The notes beneath the pieces are model-generated. The model had not been told where the DNA came from. It ran no database searches and saw only the letters and a list, made by a program, of their open reading frames with translations. DNA of 64,000 bases from Tubiluchus corallicola (taxonomy: Eukaryota; Animalia; Priapulida). The DNA lies in assembly GCA_030141605.1 (NCBI GenBank), contig JAQGDQ010000125.1:1-64000 (forward strand). Direction: 5' to 3'. The position numbers and the translations under genes are program-made. Shown piece after piece: positions 1-19,000 of the stretch. The first letter of the stretch is position 1; the number at the start of each line of letters is the position of its first letter.

Positions 1-207
1 GGAGCGTAGATTATATACATGTATACTTTTAATGCCCCCTTTATAATGCCAACTCGCTTAACACCATTGTTTTTGGCAAAGCAAAACCTCCCTATTTGCT
101 TAGACGTGTGTGTCTTAATGCACATCGTTATAATGCCAAACTCACTTAATGCCAACTTTTTTTTGCAGTTCCTAAGTAGGAGGTATAAAGAAGTTTGATG
201 GCTGTAT

Positions 208-271
208 ATGTGTTTGTGTGTGTGGGTGTGGGTGCGTGCGTGCTTGCGTGTGTGGGTGCGTGCGTGTGTGT
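208..271. repeat. (TG)n/(TGCG)n microsatellite
   Basis: Read directly. Confidence 0.9.
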
Positions 272-768
272 ATTGAACATAAGTCAATAATTTAGTCTGT
301 TAATCATTTAGTGTCTTTAGCTCAGAAGTACTAAAAAAAATTTATTCCCACAGACGAAGAGGTTCTAAAACACCAAATTTTACTGTACCTTATTTGAAAA
401 TGCTAGTTGTTTAAGCTCTGTGAATAAATGAATGAATAAAAATTGAACAGTAAATGAAATGGGTTAGTGTTTGGTACGTAATGACTGGTAGGATTAATTA
501 TGCAACCCCAATCGATCAGGTGAGATCTTTATCATTTAGGCAGTTCACAAATAGATCAACTTAAGGCAGGCAATGCTTTGTAAGCCAGTTTTATGATTCA
601 CTTACTGAATTTTCACTTATGCAAATTCTTTTAGTTTAGAAATGCTTAAAATTTGCAGTTAAGGAACTAATTTAGTCTTGTTAAATACAAATTGTATGTT
701 CTTTCTTTGAACTTATTTGACTTAAATGAGTTAAGTGAAAACAAAAATTATTTCTCATCCATTTGCAG

Positions 769-5371
<4,603 letters not shown>

Positions 5372-5611
5372 TAGTTGCTGGAAACTCGTATGCAACGATT
5401 CCACATGAAGACATTTTACAATTTAACGTGTAAACTTTTAACATATCCATAGTTGTTTTAGAAATGTTTTCATTTTAACATGGAACAAAAAGCACTGTTA
5501 ATTGTGAGTAACTTTATTATCCTGCATTTTCCTAATTAGATTTTAAAGTTTCATGATTTTAAAAAGGAAGTAATTTGAAAATGCTGTATGTACCGTATGT
5601 GTTTGAATTTT

Positions 5612-5617
5612 AATAAA
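5612..5617 (+). terminator. Probable polyadenylation signal of the SARNP-like gene
   Basis: AATAAA about 240 nt after the stop codon, followed by GT/T-rich sequence. Confidence 0.55.
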
Positions 5618-6708
5618 TATGTTCAGTAGGTTATTGTGGTAATAGATTTTTTGGGGTTAATTGATTACAAAATAAATTGCAGTGTCCTAATTGCTTTGCG
5701 ATTCATACTTGAAGAATTGTATTCATAAATTTCGAGTGCCTTGAAGTGTAATGTCCGAATTAAGTAAATAGTACTAATTTTCATGAAACGTGGACCTATG
5801 GATAAAGATTATATGTCACAAACACAGATCCAGTCATTATCGGTTCAAAAAAATTGGTTTGATAACCAAGGTCCATTATAAATTTAAATAAAGATTTTTT
5901 TCTTCTTTGTTGTATGTAGGATAGAAAAGACATACTTTCTGGATATCCTATTATCAATAGCATGGTATTATATTGTTTGTAGTTACTATATAATATGGAA
6001 CTACTCTAGAACATCATGTTTAATCACCTTTTACCCGAGCTGTTTTGAGGGTATAGTCATCCTCGTAATCTTGCTCTAATAAGGACAAGTCAACGGTATT
6101 GATGTTTTACGTAATATGAATGTGCTTTGGTAAGGTTGTTCAAGAGATTACTTATGTTCAAAAAATTATTTATTTTCTTCTATAGCGTGTGAAATATTTG
6201 GATTGGGCATTAACTAATTCTTGTTTAAAGCATAAGTAGTTTCTTCACAGTTAAAAAATTTTTATTATCGTTCTACTAAACTGATAAACATAAAAAATTG
6301 CTTCTATGAGTATTGTTTGTCTAGTACGTGTGACATATTATTTTCTGTGAAGTACTATTAAATTGAGCTGATGTAATTATTGTGTTTTCCATGACATTTA
6401 TACATTGGAGAATTGTATGAAACTACAAATATAGTTTATGTGCAGTAATGAAATTTGTAGTTATAAAAATACATTATATTAATTTTACTAAGTAGGCACT
6501 GGCGTAATTATGTATCCTCAGACCTCACAATTTCGAATGGGCTCACAAAAGATGGGTCTCTGAGGATGAATGAAATAACCACATTGCATATCATTTTTTG
6601 TGCGCAAAACTCCTTATTCAAGACACATCTGCAAATTAGGAAGACAACGATTATAGTTAAATTCACAACTTATTTGATAGTTTTTTTTTGTATAAATGAA
6701 CTAGACCT

Positions 6709-6722
6709 GTTGTTATAGCAAT
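6709..6722. promoter_or_regulatory. RFX X-box-like element upstream of the kinesin
   Basis: GTTGTTATAGCAAT; its reverse strand ATTGCTATAACAAC matches RTHNYY-WT-RRNRAC. A second X-box-like sequence, GTTTGCTAAGGGAAAC, lies at 6761-6776. Confidence 0.35.
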
Positions 6723-7049
6723 AGCTCACAAAAACGCCACTCACTGTGTAGGATGAAACTGTTTGCTAAGGGAAACGGCAGAGATTTCACTATTGAAAAA
6801 ATAAATATTTAAGAAATCTTGCTGTGTTTATTTTTTCCCAGTTTGCTAATAAAATAACTACAATTTGAATATTGCTTGGAATGCGTTTCACAAATAACAA
6901 ATCGTTTGGAAATCTTTCAAGTAAAGACCACAAATAGCGCCAAATAAAGCTTTTCCAGATCTTGTGGTGGTAGCATATAACACTACAATAACTGGGAGCT
7001 TTTGAGTGCAATTATGTCACGACCTGAGGATTTATATATATATATATAA

Positions 7050-7530
7050 TAATCTTTATTTGCCATTAAAAACATTGATAATCACTGATAAAAACTTTAT
7101 AGAGATAATCAATCAGTGTTAGTTAATAAAAACTTACACTGCTGAAGGCAAATGCGTCAGTGCAATCTAAACTACTGTGCAGTAATGACGAATAAAATCA
7201 AACATATTTACAACTATACACAAAAAAATATAAAAGAAAAACTATGATTTAATTAATATGGCCGTGGGTATATGAATTCGGAATTAGTGTGTATGTTGTC
7301 GTACTGGTGTGATGGTATTTCATATCTGGTTAATATTAGTGATTTTAATTTTGTTTTAAATGCTGATAGGGACTTGATTTGTTTAACCTGTAATGGTAGA
7401 GAATTCCAAAGTAAAATTGCTTGTTTGATTACAGAGTTCGTTCCATAGTGGGTATTTGTCCTAATTTGTTTTAGATTGCTTGTTCTGGAATTAACGATAG
7501 GATTTGGAAAAAAGGTAAATCTGTTATTCT
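7050..7530 (-). mobile_element. 3' remnant of a CR1/L2-group LINE
   Basis: Minus-strand translation ...RTNTHYGTNSVIKQAILLWNSLPLQVKQIKSLSAFKTKLK is the typical WNSLP...FK C-terminus of CR1/L2-group ORF2. An AATAAA and an AT-rich tail lie near 7035-7060. Confidence 0.7.
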
Positions 7531-8179
7531 GGAATTTTAAGTTGCAAATGACGATAATGCCCCAAAATAATTATAAGACCACTAGTTTTAACATAACAAG
7601 ATGTTATAATTGTCCCGTGCATCGTGCTGAGCTCTAACATTGATTAACACGAGTTTCCATGTAGCATGCTGTAATAAATTGTATGACTGCATTAAGAATG
7701 CATTACATTATTTTACTCATGTTAGCCCTTTTCTCTTTATGCCATTTTATTATGGAATTGCATTATTATAGCATTATATTTGTCTCTGAGGAAAATACTG
7801 TCATGATTTTTTAGCATGATGAGATTTGAAAGTAAGCAGTTTAGTGAAACACAAATTCGTCGTGATTGTACAAGTATCACGTCAGATCTTTAGTAGGTGT
7901 AAGAAATAAGTTTTTATAATGATTTATAGTGTTATGCAATTTGTCCCGACAAATGTTGAATATTATAGCAATTAAAAATCAACTGGATATGTGTTGGAAA
8001 TGATGGAGCCGTCTGCAATACTGCAATGAACTGACACCGAATGTCTTCACCGTTGTGTGGTGAGCTTTGTAGTCGTGTGGAATGGAGGTTATTAAGTTGC
8101 AAGCGTCGTCGGTGATCACGGAAATCGATGGTGTCTCATCGGTTTCTATGACTCCGTGTTTGTTTTTTTGTTTTTAATC

Positions 8180-11100
8180 ATGGAAAAATCAGAAAATGTT
8201 AAGGTTGCGGTGAGAGTGCGACCATTTATATCCTTTTGTTTAATGTGCTGTGCTGCTGCACCAAAATATAGTTAAAACCTGTTCTCTTTTACATAATTTT
8301 CCCAATGATATACATAATAATTACAAATTTGACCACTTTTTGTGGCATAGTCGAATTCGTTTATGAATACGTGGCGGCTCGCATATAGGTACATTGGAAC
8401 TGCAGCAGTTCCTAGTTTTACTCAATATTATCGGTGATATTCAATATAATGAGTTTTTTCTTTAATTCTTCGTTTATACTTGTATGGAACAAGAGCACGT
8501 GAGGGTACACTGCTTCACAGTGGTGTGTTTGGCTGTTGTGCGCATGCGAATAGGACTTCCAATTTTCTGCAGTAGACATGCAAATGCTTCTATCTTTAAG
8601 TGTTAGTGCAGTAAATATGTTAACATCTGACCTGTTGCAGAGAGGACAGGTTGATTGAAGGAGATAAACTGAAATGATAAGTATCAGCATTTCTATGTTT
8701 AAAAATTTTGAGAATAGAAGGATGATGGTGATTGATTGAAAAAATATCGCTAACTTAAGGTCAGTAAACTTAAAAGATGCTGAAACTGTAGAAGGCTGCA
8801 TCTACATTTTGTGTTTAAAAGGTTTAAGTTGAGTTGTCTGAGCCTTTTAGGGCAAGAGAAATCCTAAAGGTCAACACGTGTTTCTACTAAATGCTAATTA
8901 GTTCTTATTGTGAGAATCTAGATATGATTGGCTTCATTAAGATGATGATAAACAAGTGATGTGTAAAATCATTAAAGCATTGTACAGTTAATTTTAACTG
9001 TAATGTGCAAGAAATAAGACCTAATAATTTATGGCACTTAATGACTTTAGTGGTACACTCACATCTCGGTTTGCCAGACCTCGCTTTTATAGATATTAGA
9101 AGAATCGGACAAAATCTAGGCCATTAAAAAGTCCGTTGTTTTGCAAGCTGACCTCTAGTTGAGGGGGGACACTTTGTTTACATCCAAACAGGTGTAACAA
9201 CATGTGAGTAACTTGTATGTCAGCATGTTTAGTGGTTTAACCAGTGTGTGTAAGTGATTTCGTGTCAGATATGGAGAGTTATTTGAGTCAAATGCCGACG
9301 ATTTTTATATACTTCAGTGGCCACTACTACACATTTTTGAGACAATTAGGCGATTTTTTATACATTACCGTGGCGGTTACTGTATTAGCGTAGTATCGAT
9401 AAATACGGACAATTGACAAATTCGTATTGACGTCTCCCCATTTTTGTTCGGCAATGATATGAGTGTAGCTTGCATTTTGCTCAATTCAACTTCAACTTCG
9501 ACTCTATCTTATCAATAGAAGAGGATGTAGAGGCTTTCCATTGGATGCCAATTTACTAGCATTCCAACTCATTGCTGCACAAACACAATCATTTAACAAG
9601 GTGTTACTTTTCATTTATGTCCACGTTTACACCCTACTTTACTTTGTTTTGTCACTTCAATATATTATTTTTATGAGTGTTTTTGCCATTAATGTGTTTA
9701 TCCTTAATAATACCTACAGTGATAGGGAAAAATTAAAAAATGCCACTTGTGTTTTAACCATGATAGACAAGACTACAATACTATATGATCCATCGAATGC
9801 AAAGCAAAAGCCAAGACATTATACATTTGATTGTTCATACTGGTCACATGATGGTTACAGGGAAAATTACAATGGATACTTGGAATCTTCAGCACCTTAT
9901 TATGTTGACCAGGTAAGTTGAGCTTCACAAAAAATTGCTACTAAATTATTAAATAAAATTAAATAATTGATTCTACTGGTTTTGCTGTTGGGTGTGTGAT
10001 GTTTCAAAAGTACCTGAAGAGTTTCTGCTGTTGTGAACTCAGAGTATAGATGTATTTGTTCACCAAAAATTTTGATATTTTCTTTCGCCATTCTGGCTAA
10101 ACTTTTCTTTTTGGTGAAAGGTTATATAAAGCTGCCGGGCCAAGTATGTGCAAAAGCTTATTGGTATTGCAGCTTTTCATTCCTTCTCAAAAGTACTGTG
10201 TTAGTAAGTATAAGCTGAAAGCATTTTTGATAATATTATAATTAGGTGTTCTGGGATTAGGACATGACTTATTGGGGTCAATTTATCTCAGTTTAAAATT
10301 TGTAAGCGATGCAGTGCAAATATTGCTTGTTTTGCAGAAAGTCTGCAGAGTTGTAGTCAGATTTAGCAAGTAATTATCATTATTTTTAGTATGTATTTTA
10401 GTAATTTCAAACTGTTAATCTATTGTTCTACAGTTTATTTTAGATTTTATTAAGGATATATTTATGAGTGACTGTGTGCGTTTTTGTTATTGTTTTTGAT
10501 ATAGCATTGTGTATTGGTTTCTGCAAAACTGTTTTTATTTCTTCTCGAGCTTGTATTTTCTTGTTAGCATTTTTGAAGATTTCAAATCCTGTTTATTATT
10601 TCTTATGATCGTCTTGATTGTTTTAGCAAAAACTTTATGATGACTTGGGAAAGAGCATGCTGAACAATGCTTGGAAAGGTTACAACTGTTCATTGTTTGC
10701 ATATGGACAAACTGGCAGTGGAAAGTCATATTGTATGATGGGCTTTGGTGCTAATAAAGGTGAAATGCTTAGCAGCTTTAAATGGACTAGTCTTGCATTG
10801 ATCAACATCTTGTAAAAGAACATTTTATGTTATCAGTCATAATTTCGTAATAGATTTTCAATTTATGTGATTAGCTGTGTATTTTTCGTACTTAGGCTAT
10901 GGGCATATTTTCAGCATTGTCAATACATTCTAATTTGTATTACAGGTATTATTCCTCTCTTGTGTGAAGATTTATTTAGAACAATTGAAGAAAGAAAGAA
11001 AAACCAACCATCAGACCAAGAATTCCAGGTATTTGATTATTGAGTAATATTCAGAGCGCATGCTGTAAATATTTCAATACACATTTCTTATTTTAAGTTT

Positions 11101-13016
11101 GTTTTACAAATCTGCAGTTAAAAAACTAAATTTTTCTAACTGTTTTAGTTAAATTACATAAATGTGACTAGCACGTTGTATAAAGTTTTTCTTTGGGAAA
11201 TTTTTGTGTCTTATGGAGGAGGAATGTACACAAATAATTGATTATCCTACAAATAGTATACTGTATTCTACACATGCTGAATGTCAACCGCTCACTTACC
11301 GGGGAAAAAAACTTGGTACAGAGCCAACATCATTGTCCCGATAAAAATAATCTGCTACCGCATGGCAGAAAACAGTCATTCCAGGTCAGCTCACTACTTT
11401 GGGCAATTCACTGGGAAGTCGGGTATACTGTGCATGCTTAGTCATTATTCTTATGGCACTGGTATGGGAACATTTTGAAAAAGTTCATTCAAACATTGCA
11501 GAATTTTCATTAGGTAAAAACAAATTAAATTATGAAAGATCAGCAAGATTTGTATTGCTTCATTTACGCATACAGCTCATTTTGAAGTTCATGTTGCAGT
11601 AATTAACATTACAGTTCAGTCTAGGCAAGAGCCTGGATGCAGGTAAATTTATTTTTTGAGCCCAGCAGAGGATGTGGCTCAACAGTTAGCATAATTCAGC
11701 CTAGGCATGTGAACAAATTTATTGTTCTGCCTTAATAACTAACATACGCAGTGATACAGTAAGTGATGCCTTGTATTTTTTGTTTATCTGTTTCCAGATG
11801 GCGTGGCCTACGGCAATAAGCATGGAAGTAAAATATTCCAGGTCACACATTCGATTATTCAAATAATGAGTTATTCAAAATTCCCACCCCTATTATGCAC
11901 AGCTTCACTTTGTAGGCTGTAGCATAAGCACAGTTTTACATTACGTTATGATAAAAATTTCCAAATCTGTTAACAGGCCATTTCTGTGAGCGCTGTAAGT
12001 GCACCAGCAAGAGACGTACTGATGGTGTGTGAATGACTCAGTAAGAATAGAAGCCATGTATTTGATAGATGCATTAAAAATGAATCATGAAATATCAAAT
12101 TTATCACATCTACAATTATCGAAATTCATCAGCCATAAGTTTTATTTGTGTATACATTCTAATAGTAAAATTTTATTACTTTACAAATTAATTTTTTATA
12201 ATCTTATAAGTTGCTTTGTTTTACTTAATATTTACAGGCAGTTTTATTGTAGTAAACAGCTTAAGAACTGTTCATAGAGTGTGTTCTGTGAAGAAAGCTT
12301 AATAGCGCATTTCAGATTTTCTGGACTTTAAATCCAGTGTAGTACTCAATAACACAGTATGCATATTATTTCAGGTTTCTTTCAGTATGATGGAAATTTA
12401 TAATGAACAAGTGAGAGATTTATTAAATTATTCAAGTCATGTAAATGGAGGCCTAAAAGTACGACAGCATCCAGCCAAAGGCTTTTATGGTAAATTTGGT
12501 TATGTAACATTGTATGTGTCTTTATAAGACAGCTTTTAAATAGCTTACACTGATGAAGTGCCATGTAATGATGTGTACTCTGTTTTATTTTGATTGAGAT
12601 GCTTCTATGTTAATGTGATTTAAAAAATAGGTCTATTACTATTATATAGATTCTCTGATATTGTAATATTTGATACGCGTAAATACTATAATGATGCCAT
12701 TTATTGCAAGATTTTTTGTGAACAATCCAAGATCGATAATGTTTTCCAGAAACCTATATTACAATACATTTTACAATTATTCATTTTTCATTTGCTACCT
12801 GTAGACCTGTATTATGAATTTAAGATTAAAAGTGTAAATTTTACCAGCTAACTGAAAGACTAGTCTTATGTTTGGTTAGTTAACACAAAAGAACAATTTT
12901 TTGTAGTTGAGTCTTTATCATCAAATCCAGTGTACAGTTATCAGGATGTGGAAGCTCGCATAATGGAAGGCACTCGGAACAGAACATTAGCTGCTACAAA
13001 CATGAATGCTACTAGC

Positions 13017-13087
<71 letters not shown>

Positions 13088-16000
13088 TGTAACATTTAAA
13101 TAATTTTTAGTGTCAAGAATTGGAGAATTCACAAGAAAAAAATCCGACAAAGAAATTAAAAAGACTTGAAATTTTCAGTACTTCGCTGTCCTCTCTCGCC
13201 AGTTTAAGAAGAGACACAGACAATAGTAAATTTTTAATGTAATGCTGGCTATTCAGCAATAGAAAAAAAACAGAAAAACACAGAAGGAAAAATACAATCG
13301 GTATGAAATAGTGTGAAGAAGTCTTCATAATATTGTGACTTGTGATGTGTTTCTTTTTATTAATGTAAATACAGTAATAAGTGGTATACATCATCTAATG
13401 ATGTTTTGCTATGTTAAGTGATTTTTTTGCTAAAATTACATGAAAGCCAACTTTAAACACTCTAAACACTGCATTACTGTTCATCCTTTTAGAACAAGAT
13501 GACAGCATTGAAATATGTTCTCAAGGAACTAAAAAGTTATTTAATACCTCGTCAAAGATTAAATTGTTTTTTGTTGGATAAGCTGCCAACAAAATTTTGT
13601 GAAGTTAAAGGATCCTGCTCACTTAAGCTATGGCAAGTACCAATATATCATTTTCGTAATTGGAATCACATTGTTTCAGTCGAGCACATACAATTGTTAC
13701 TGTTCAGTTTAATCAAAAGGGGAGAAATGAAAATGGTCAGTTGGTTACCAAGATGGCTAGTATCAATCTTGTGGATCTTGCTGGAAGGTAAGAGTTTATT
13801 CACATAAAAGATTGCGTTGTCTGGTAAACTTTTTCTTCTGCTGGCATGGATTGAAGATAGAGTTGTGTGACCTGACTTGACTTGCTGTTTAGTTGTAAAA
13901 GAATTAAAGAAAATAATTGTTTATTGCAGTTTTCTGCATTTTACCAGTTATTACCCGCTATTTCTAAAATATCTTACATTACATATAAATAAAGAATTAT
14001 CGTACGTCATTATAGTTATTGAGTTAAGCTTGACAATTTCCTAAAAATTAAGGAATATAGGTAGATAAATTTGATATAATATGTATATAAAATATGTCAT
14101 CTGTACACATTCTAATATAAGCAATTAACGAAATATTGCAGCTTGTATCTCCCCTCACGCATTTGCTATCTATACTGAGATGATTAAAACATTGACAAAA
14201 CATGAGTACAATTTATAAATACACTATTACTGAAGAAGCATTAAACAACAATTATGTGTTATATTGTCTGACTTTATGTGTTTAGTGAAAGATCTGATGT
14301 GTCTGGAACAAGTGGCGACAGATTAAAAGAAGGCTCAATGATAAATGTATCGCTTAGTTGTTTGGGCAATGTAATAAGATGCCTTGCTGAAAATAACAAG
14401 ATCAAGAAAACTTTAGTTGGTATGTAATGTAAACATGTGCATTCATTGTTCACTGCTGTACTATTAGGACGCTGCTGGTTTTTTTATGTTTTCCTACTTT
14501 TCGTGAATGACTTCTAATGCGAAAATATATTTAGTTTTTTATTGTTAACTATGTAATCACTGTTCTTCACCACATGTGAGGTATATGACAGTGATAGTCA
14601 CAGACCTGCTGGTTTTCACGGATTAGGCATGTTGTGCAACGTGTTTTTTAATCTTTCAGTTGTGTACAGGCATCAAAGTTTAGTTCTCTTTCATTTTGCT
14701 ACTTCACGCGCAACTTTGCAAAACCACCTGGTTTTGTTCACAATCAGCACTAACTACAACATAATCACTAGCACTATTGTCAGTAAGACAATAGTATTCA
14801 TGTGTGTCACAGCTTATATTATACTACAGTGTATTAAAATTGAAAACTAATTGCTTTTGGGTGCTACTGAGCTTTTTTCGTTGTCCAATTCACACATACA
14901 CTTACAAAGTTCAAAATGCTGTTAGGTTCTAACTTGGACAGACGCTTCTGTGTTTTATGATTAAATGACAACAAAATGCCTAGTACATTAGCATCGTGCA
15001 TTTCATATGCTAATACATATTACGCCGCCTTCTCATGTGTTGCTTTCCTTTAAATTCATTTTATTTTTAATTTTTTTATGTTCCTATTTTTATCTGTTTA
15101 CTACATGCAATTTTGTACGTTTAGTGCCATATCGAGATTCCATCCTCACGAAATTGCTGAAAAATGCCCTGGGAGGAAACAGTATTACAATTATGGTAAT
15201 CTTTTATATACTTTGACAATGTAGTATTTCATTAAAGACTGAACTGTAATTACACACGCTTATTGACATGATATTGATAAATAGGCCTAAATTTTCAATC
15301 TGAGGCTTTCATAATTACTAAAGTGTGGTTTTCACATTTTAACTTTAATGCTGTTGAAAAACCTAGCTTTCAGTGGAAAGCCAAATTGAGTTAAGTTTGC
15401 TGGAGTGTTTTTAAGCATAATAACAACACTTTCGGAGGAATGCCAAAATTTTTTCTCCACAATCGAGATGAATTGAATTGATAATTGTGTTACGAAGATT
15501 TTTGATTTTTCAAACTTCAGTAGGTTTGCTATATTGTTGCTGCGTGTATCCTTTTTTCTCTGAACATATCACTTTTTTGCATCTAAGGTTTTTTTATTTA
15601 TCTTGTATTTTTTCAGATAGCTGCTGTCAGTCCAGCTGACATCCATTACGAAGAAACATTATCCACATTGCGATTTGGTATAATGATTTAATGTATTTAT
15701 TTATGATTATAGCTAATTTAACTGAGTATTAAACATCCCTTTTGCGTACTTTTTAAAAATTAGAATTAAATGTGTATGCATGCTGCGCATTTATTTATGA
15801 CAAATTGTTTTTTGTTTAGCTAATAGGGCTAAGAATATCACCACAGTGGCCCTGATGAATGAAAGTCCAACAGAATTATTATTAAAGGAGCTCAAAGAAG
15901 AAAATCAGAAGCTTTTGCAAATGCTAAAAGCGGGAAAAGTGACACAAGGTTACACTGAAAAAGGTCAGCAGCCTTTTTATTATTTTTACTGTTTTTGCTA

Positions 16001-19000
16001 TTTTCCTAGGCTATTGTTAGTTATTATTTGAAGAGTCGTTCATATTGTAAATAATAGAAAGAAGAAAATCTGGTTAAAAAAACCCAGGGGATCTCAAGGC
16101 TCACATGTAAGGTTCATTTCGTATTACAGATTGATAAGAAATGGTTAACTTTAAAATTTTTCAAACAATTATAATAATAGGTCAACCATTTTTGGGCAAC
16201 ATTTACAACTACTATGACAGCTGCTGTTCTAGCGTATTGCTGTGTAGGTATTTGTTTGCTTAAGTAAATAAACTCTAAATAGATTTTTGTGTCATATACA
16301 TTTGTTCTTTAGAGGTGGAAGAGATTAGACGGTCACTTGAGGAACAGATTAAACAGAACCAAGTAGAAATGGAACAAATGAATAAGTCATGGCAGCAGCT
16401 CTTACAGGAGAACCAACAAGAAAACATGGTAATATATTACAGTGGTGGAGCTAATGTACTGGTAACAGTGTAGGAATAAATCTACACTATAATTAACTTT
16501 GACAAGGAAAGGTGAACAGCATCACAACAGGCCTACCTGTGGTGGAAAACTAGGGATCATAGGACAAAACTCCACCAGGCGAAAGCCCACCGGAGAAAAC
16601 CCCACCATACAAGTTGAAAAAAGACAAAACCGACCAGCGAAAATCGGGTGTCAAAAAAGGGAATAGTTTTGCAACAAAGCTGCGTTGCAAAGAGTTTATT
16701 TCGAGCTAAAATAAAAATTGTGCTTTATTCAACTTGATAGAAACTACATGCAGAGTGATAAATTGATAATATCATGGGAGTGTTTGCAATTGGCTTGTAA
16801 CTCCCGCCTCTAAAGCAAAGTGTTTAGTGATACTGATCGGTTGTTTGTCACCTGAGCAGAGCGAGCCCATTGGACATTTTCTTGCTCTGAAGCTTTTTGT
16901 CTAATGTAGTTAATTACTGACTGAGCTACTAATTATGTACTTATGAAGAAAACTAATAAACACTATTGTCTGTCGGCAGAATAATTAAAACTTGCTTTTA
17001 ATGTTAGCGTTTAAAATGATTGATTTCACGTTTCTTCACAAACTCATGCCGACTCATTCGTGGTAACTGAAAAGTGACAAGACTAAGCAGTAGCTTTCAT
17101 TTGCTAATCACTATGAGCAGCCATTTCTTTACTAGTGTAATTTACTAGTCGAGAAATTTTTATGTAGAACCAGCCTCAGTATTCTCAAATATTTCCCAGT
17201 CACATTAATTTTATTATCCATACCCAGCACCACCCTCGGCCCATTCCAGTTCTTCAGAAATAAGAGGTATAAGTTTCGCAAAAAACGGCTGAAAAATGGC
17301 CATTTTTGGAGGTTTTTCGCCCCCCCTCTTCCTTCCTAGCCCAATTCGAAAAATAAACCATCAATGGCACGACACTAGATCGAGACCTTTCGTTTGATAT
17401 ATAGATCGCCGCAAATGGTGCCCTCGTCCGGGCTGTAGCCTCGAATCTTATATATATATAAATATATTAAGATACCAAGAATATTAATATAACAGATTTG
17501 CAAAATTTGTGTTAGTCTGAATACATTCCCTTCTGCAAATCGACAAAACAAAATTTAATTATTTTTTCTGAGAAATTACGTAGCTTTAATACTTAAATAT
17601 TCATTATGTTAATAATAGATAAGTTTTTAATTGCTTTAATAGTAATTAAAGTAAAATACCATTTCTTAAAATATTTTTGTATTTCTTCTTTTTATAGAAG
17701 AAGAGTTAAAGCAAAGTTAGTTAGCAATTAACGTGAAATGTAACTTAAAATTGTCTTAAGTAAACAGAACTATAACAAATTTAAATATGCGTTAACTTCA
17801 AAAACGTGTGTTTTATAAAATTAAAATTTGAGTGATCATGTTTGCATTTGTCCATCAGTTCTGAGCAGCTCTAAAAATTATTTTATTTTTTATTCGTTTT
17901 TTTAGAAAAAGTTAGAAGAAGAGCGACAGAATCAAGAAAAGAAGAAAGTTATGCCCCACTTATGGAATTTGAATGAGGATCCCATGCTCACAGGAATGCT
18001 CGTTCATTTCATTATTCCAGGAAAATTAATTATTGGAAGCAAAAACACAGTGTCTAAAGTCAACACAAATAACCATATTGTTTTGAAAGGATTGAGGTAT
18101 GACTGAAGTGAATATATATTCTTGAATTTCGTATTTAAATTTTTAGGTTTTTGACTTTGCTAATAACGTCCTGAAGCTTTCTGCCCTTTTTATAAGTAAT
18201 TTCGTTTTCATTTGGTTTAGTCATTACGTAACTCTCTTTGTGTAACTGTGTAATTTGTTCCACTGCGTTTTTTTTTGTTATGAATTCGTTTTTCGTTTCT
18301 TGTAGTATACTACCAGAACATGCTTACTTTACGAACAAAAACAATGTGATTGCAATGAAACCTGGACAGGCTGCAAGAGTATTAGTTAATGGTGATGAGG
18401 TAACTGATAGTGTCTTTCTAAGACACAACGATAGGTAAGTAATTATAGCATATCAAAGGTTTATGTTTATTTAAGCCTTGCCTGTGGGTTGTGGGTGCAA
18501 TGATGAGATGAGTCTTTATTTAGTTATATCATTTTGCCATAAAGCTGCCAGCACCTGCTCTCTTCTTTGTTTAAGGCAGGAGTGTGCAAATTATCTGACT
18601 TGCCGGGACACATTAAACTTTCCCGCAGTTTCTGCGGGCTACAGGCAGTTTGATCAAGGAGCCAAGTACAGAAAGGCCTAATAACGATTTTTTTGCATCC
18701 GACCTGCGTACATCATTACTACTACACTCAAGAAGCTATTTTAGAAGTTATTAAAATTTATATTACAAACCATATGTTTCTACTTTCAGGACAGATAGTG
18801 GTAATTTCATTACAATGCATATTAGTAATGTGTATCACACAGTCTGTGTAGTACAGTGTTATTAAGCTACAACCGTCTTGTAAGGGTTAATGGCATCCGA
18901 TCTAGTAGAAAAAACTACCCACACTATCTTTGGGATCGTGGCACCGACTTCAGCTGGATACACTCAATTAATCGCCCCGGGCCGCACTTTCATTAGGTTG

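Noticed and set aside
340-370. Possible SARNP microexon after CCCACAG (ACGAAGAG|GTTCTA)
   Set aside because: Weak donor, and the phase does not fit the phase-1 start of exon 769.
15546-15554. Perfect U12 donor GTATCCTTT in kinesin intron 9
   Set aside because: No upstream exon or U12 branch site, and the flanking exons already join in frame through U2 sites.
16549-17460. Probable TE fragments (GGACAAAA-CCACC repeats; element ending in a TA run)
   Set aside because: No paired termini or TSD identified, so they cannot be classified without a repeat library.
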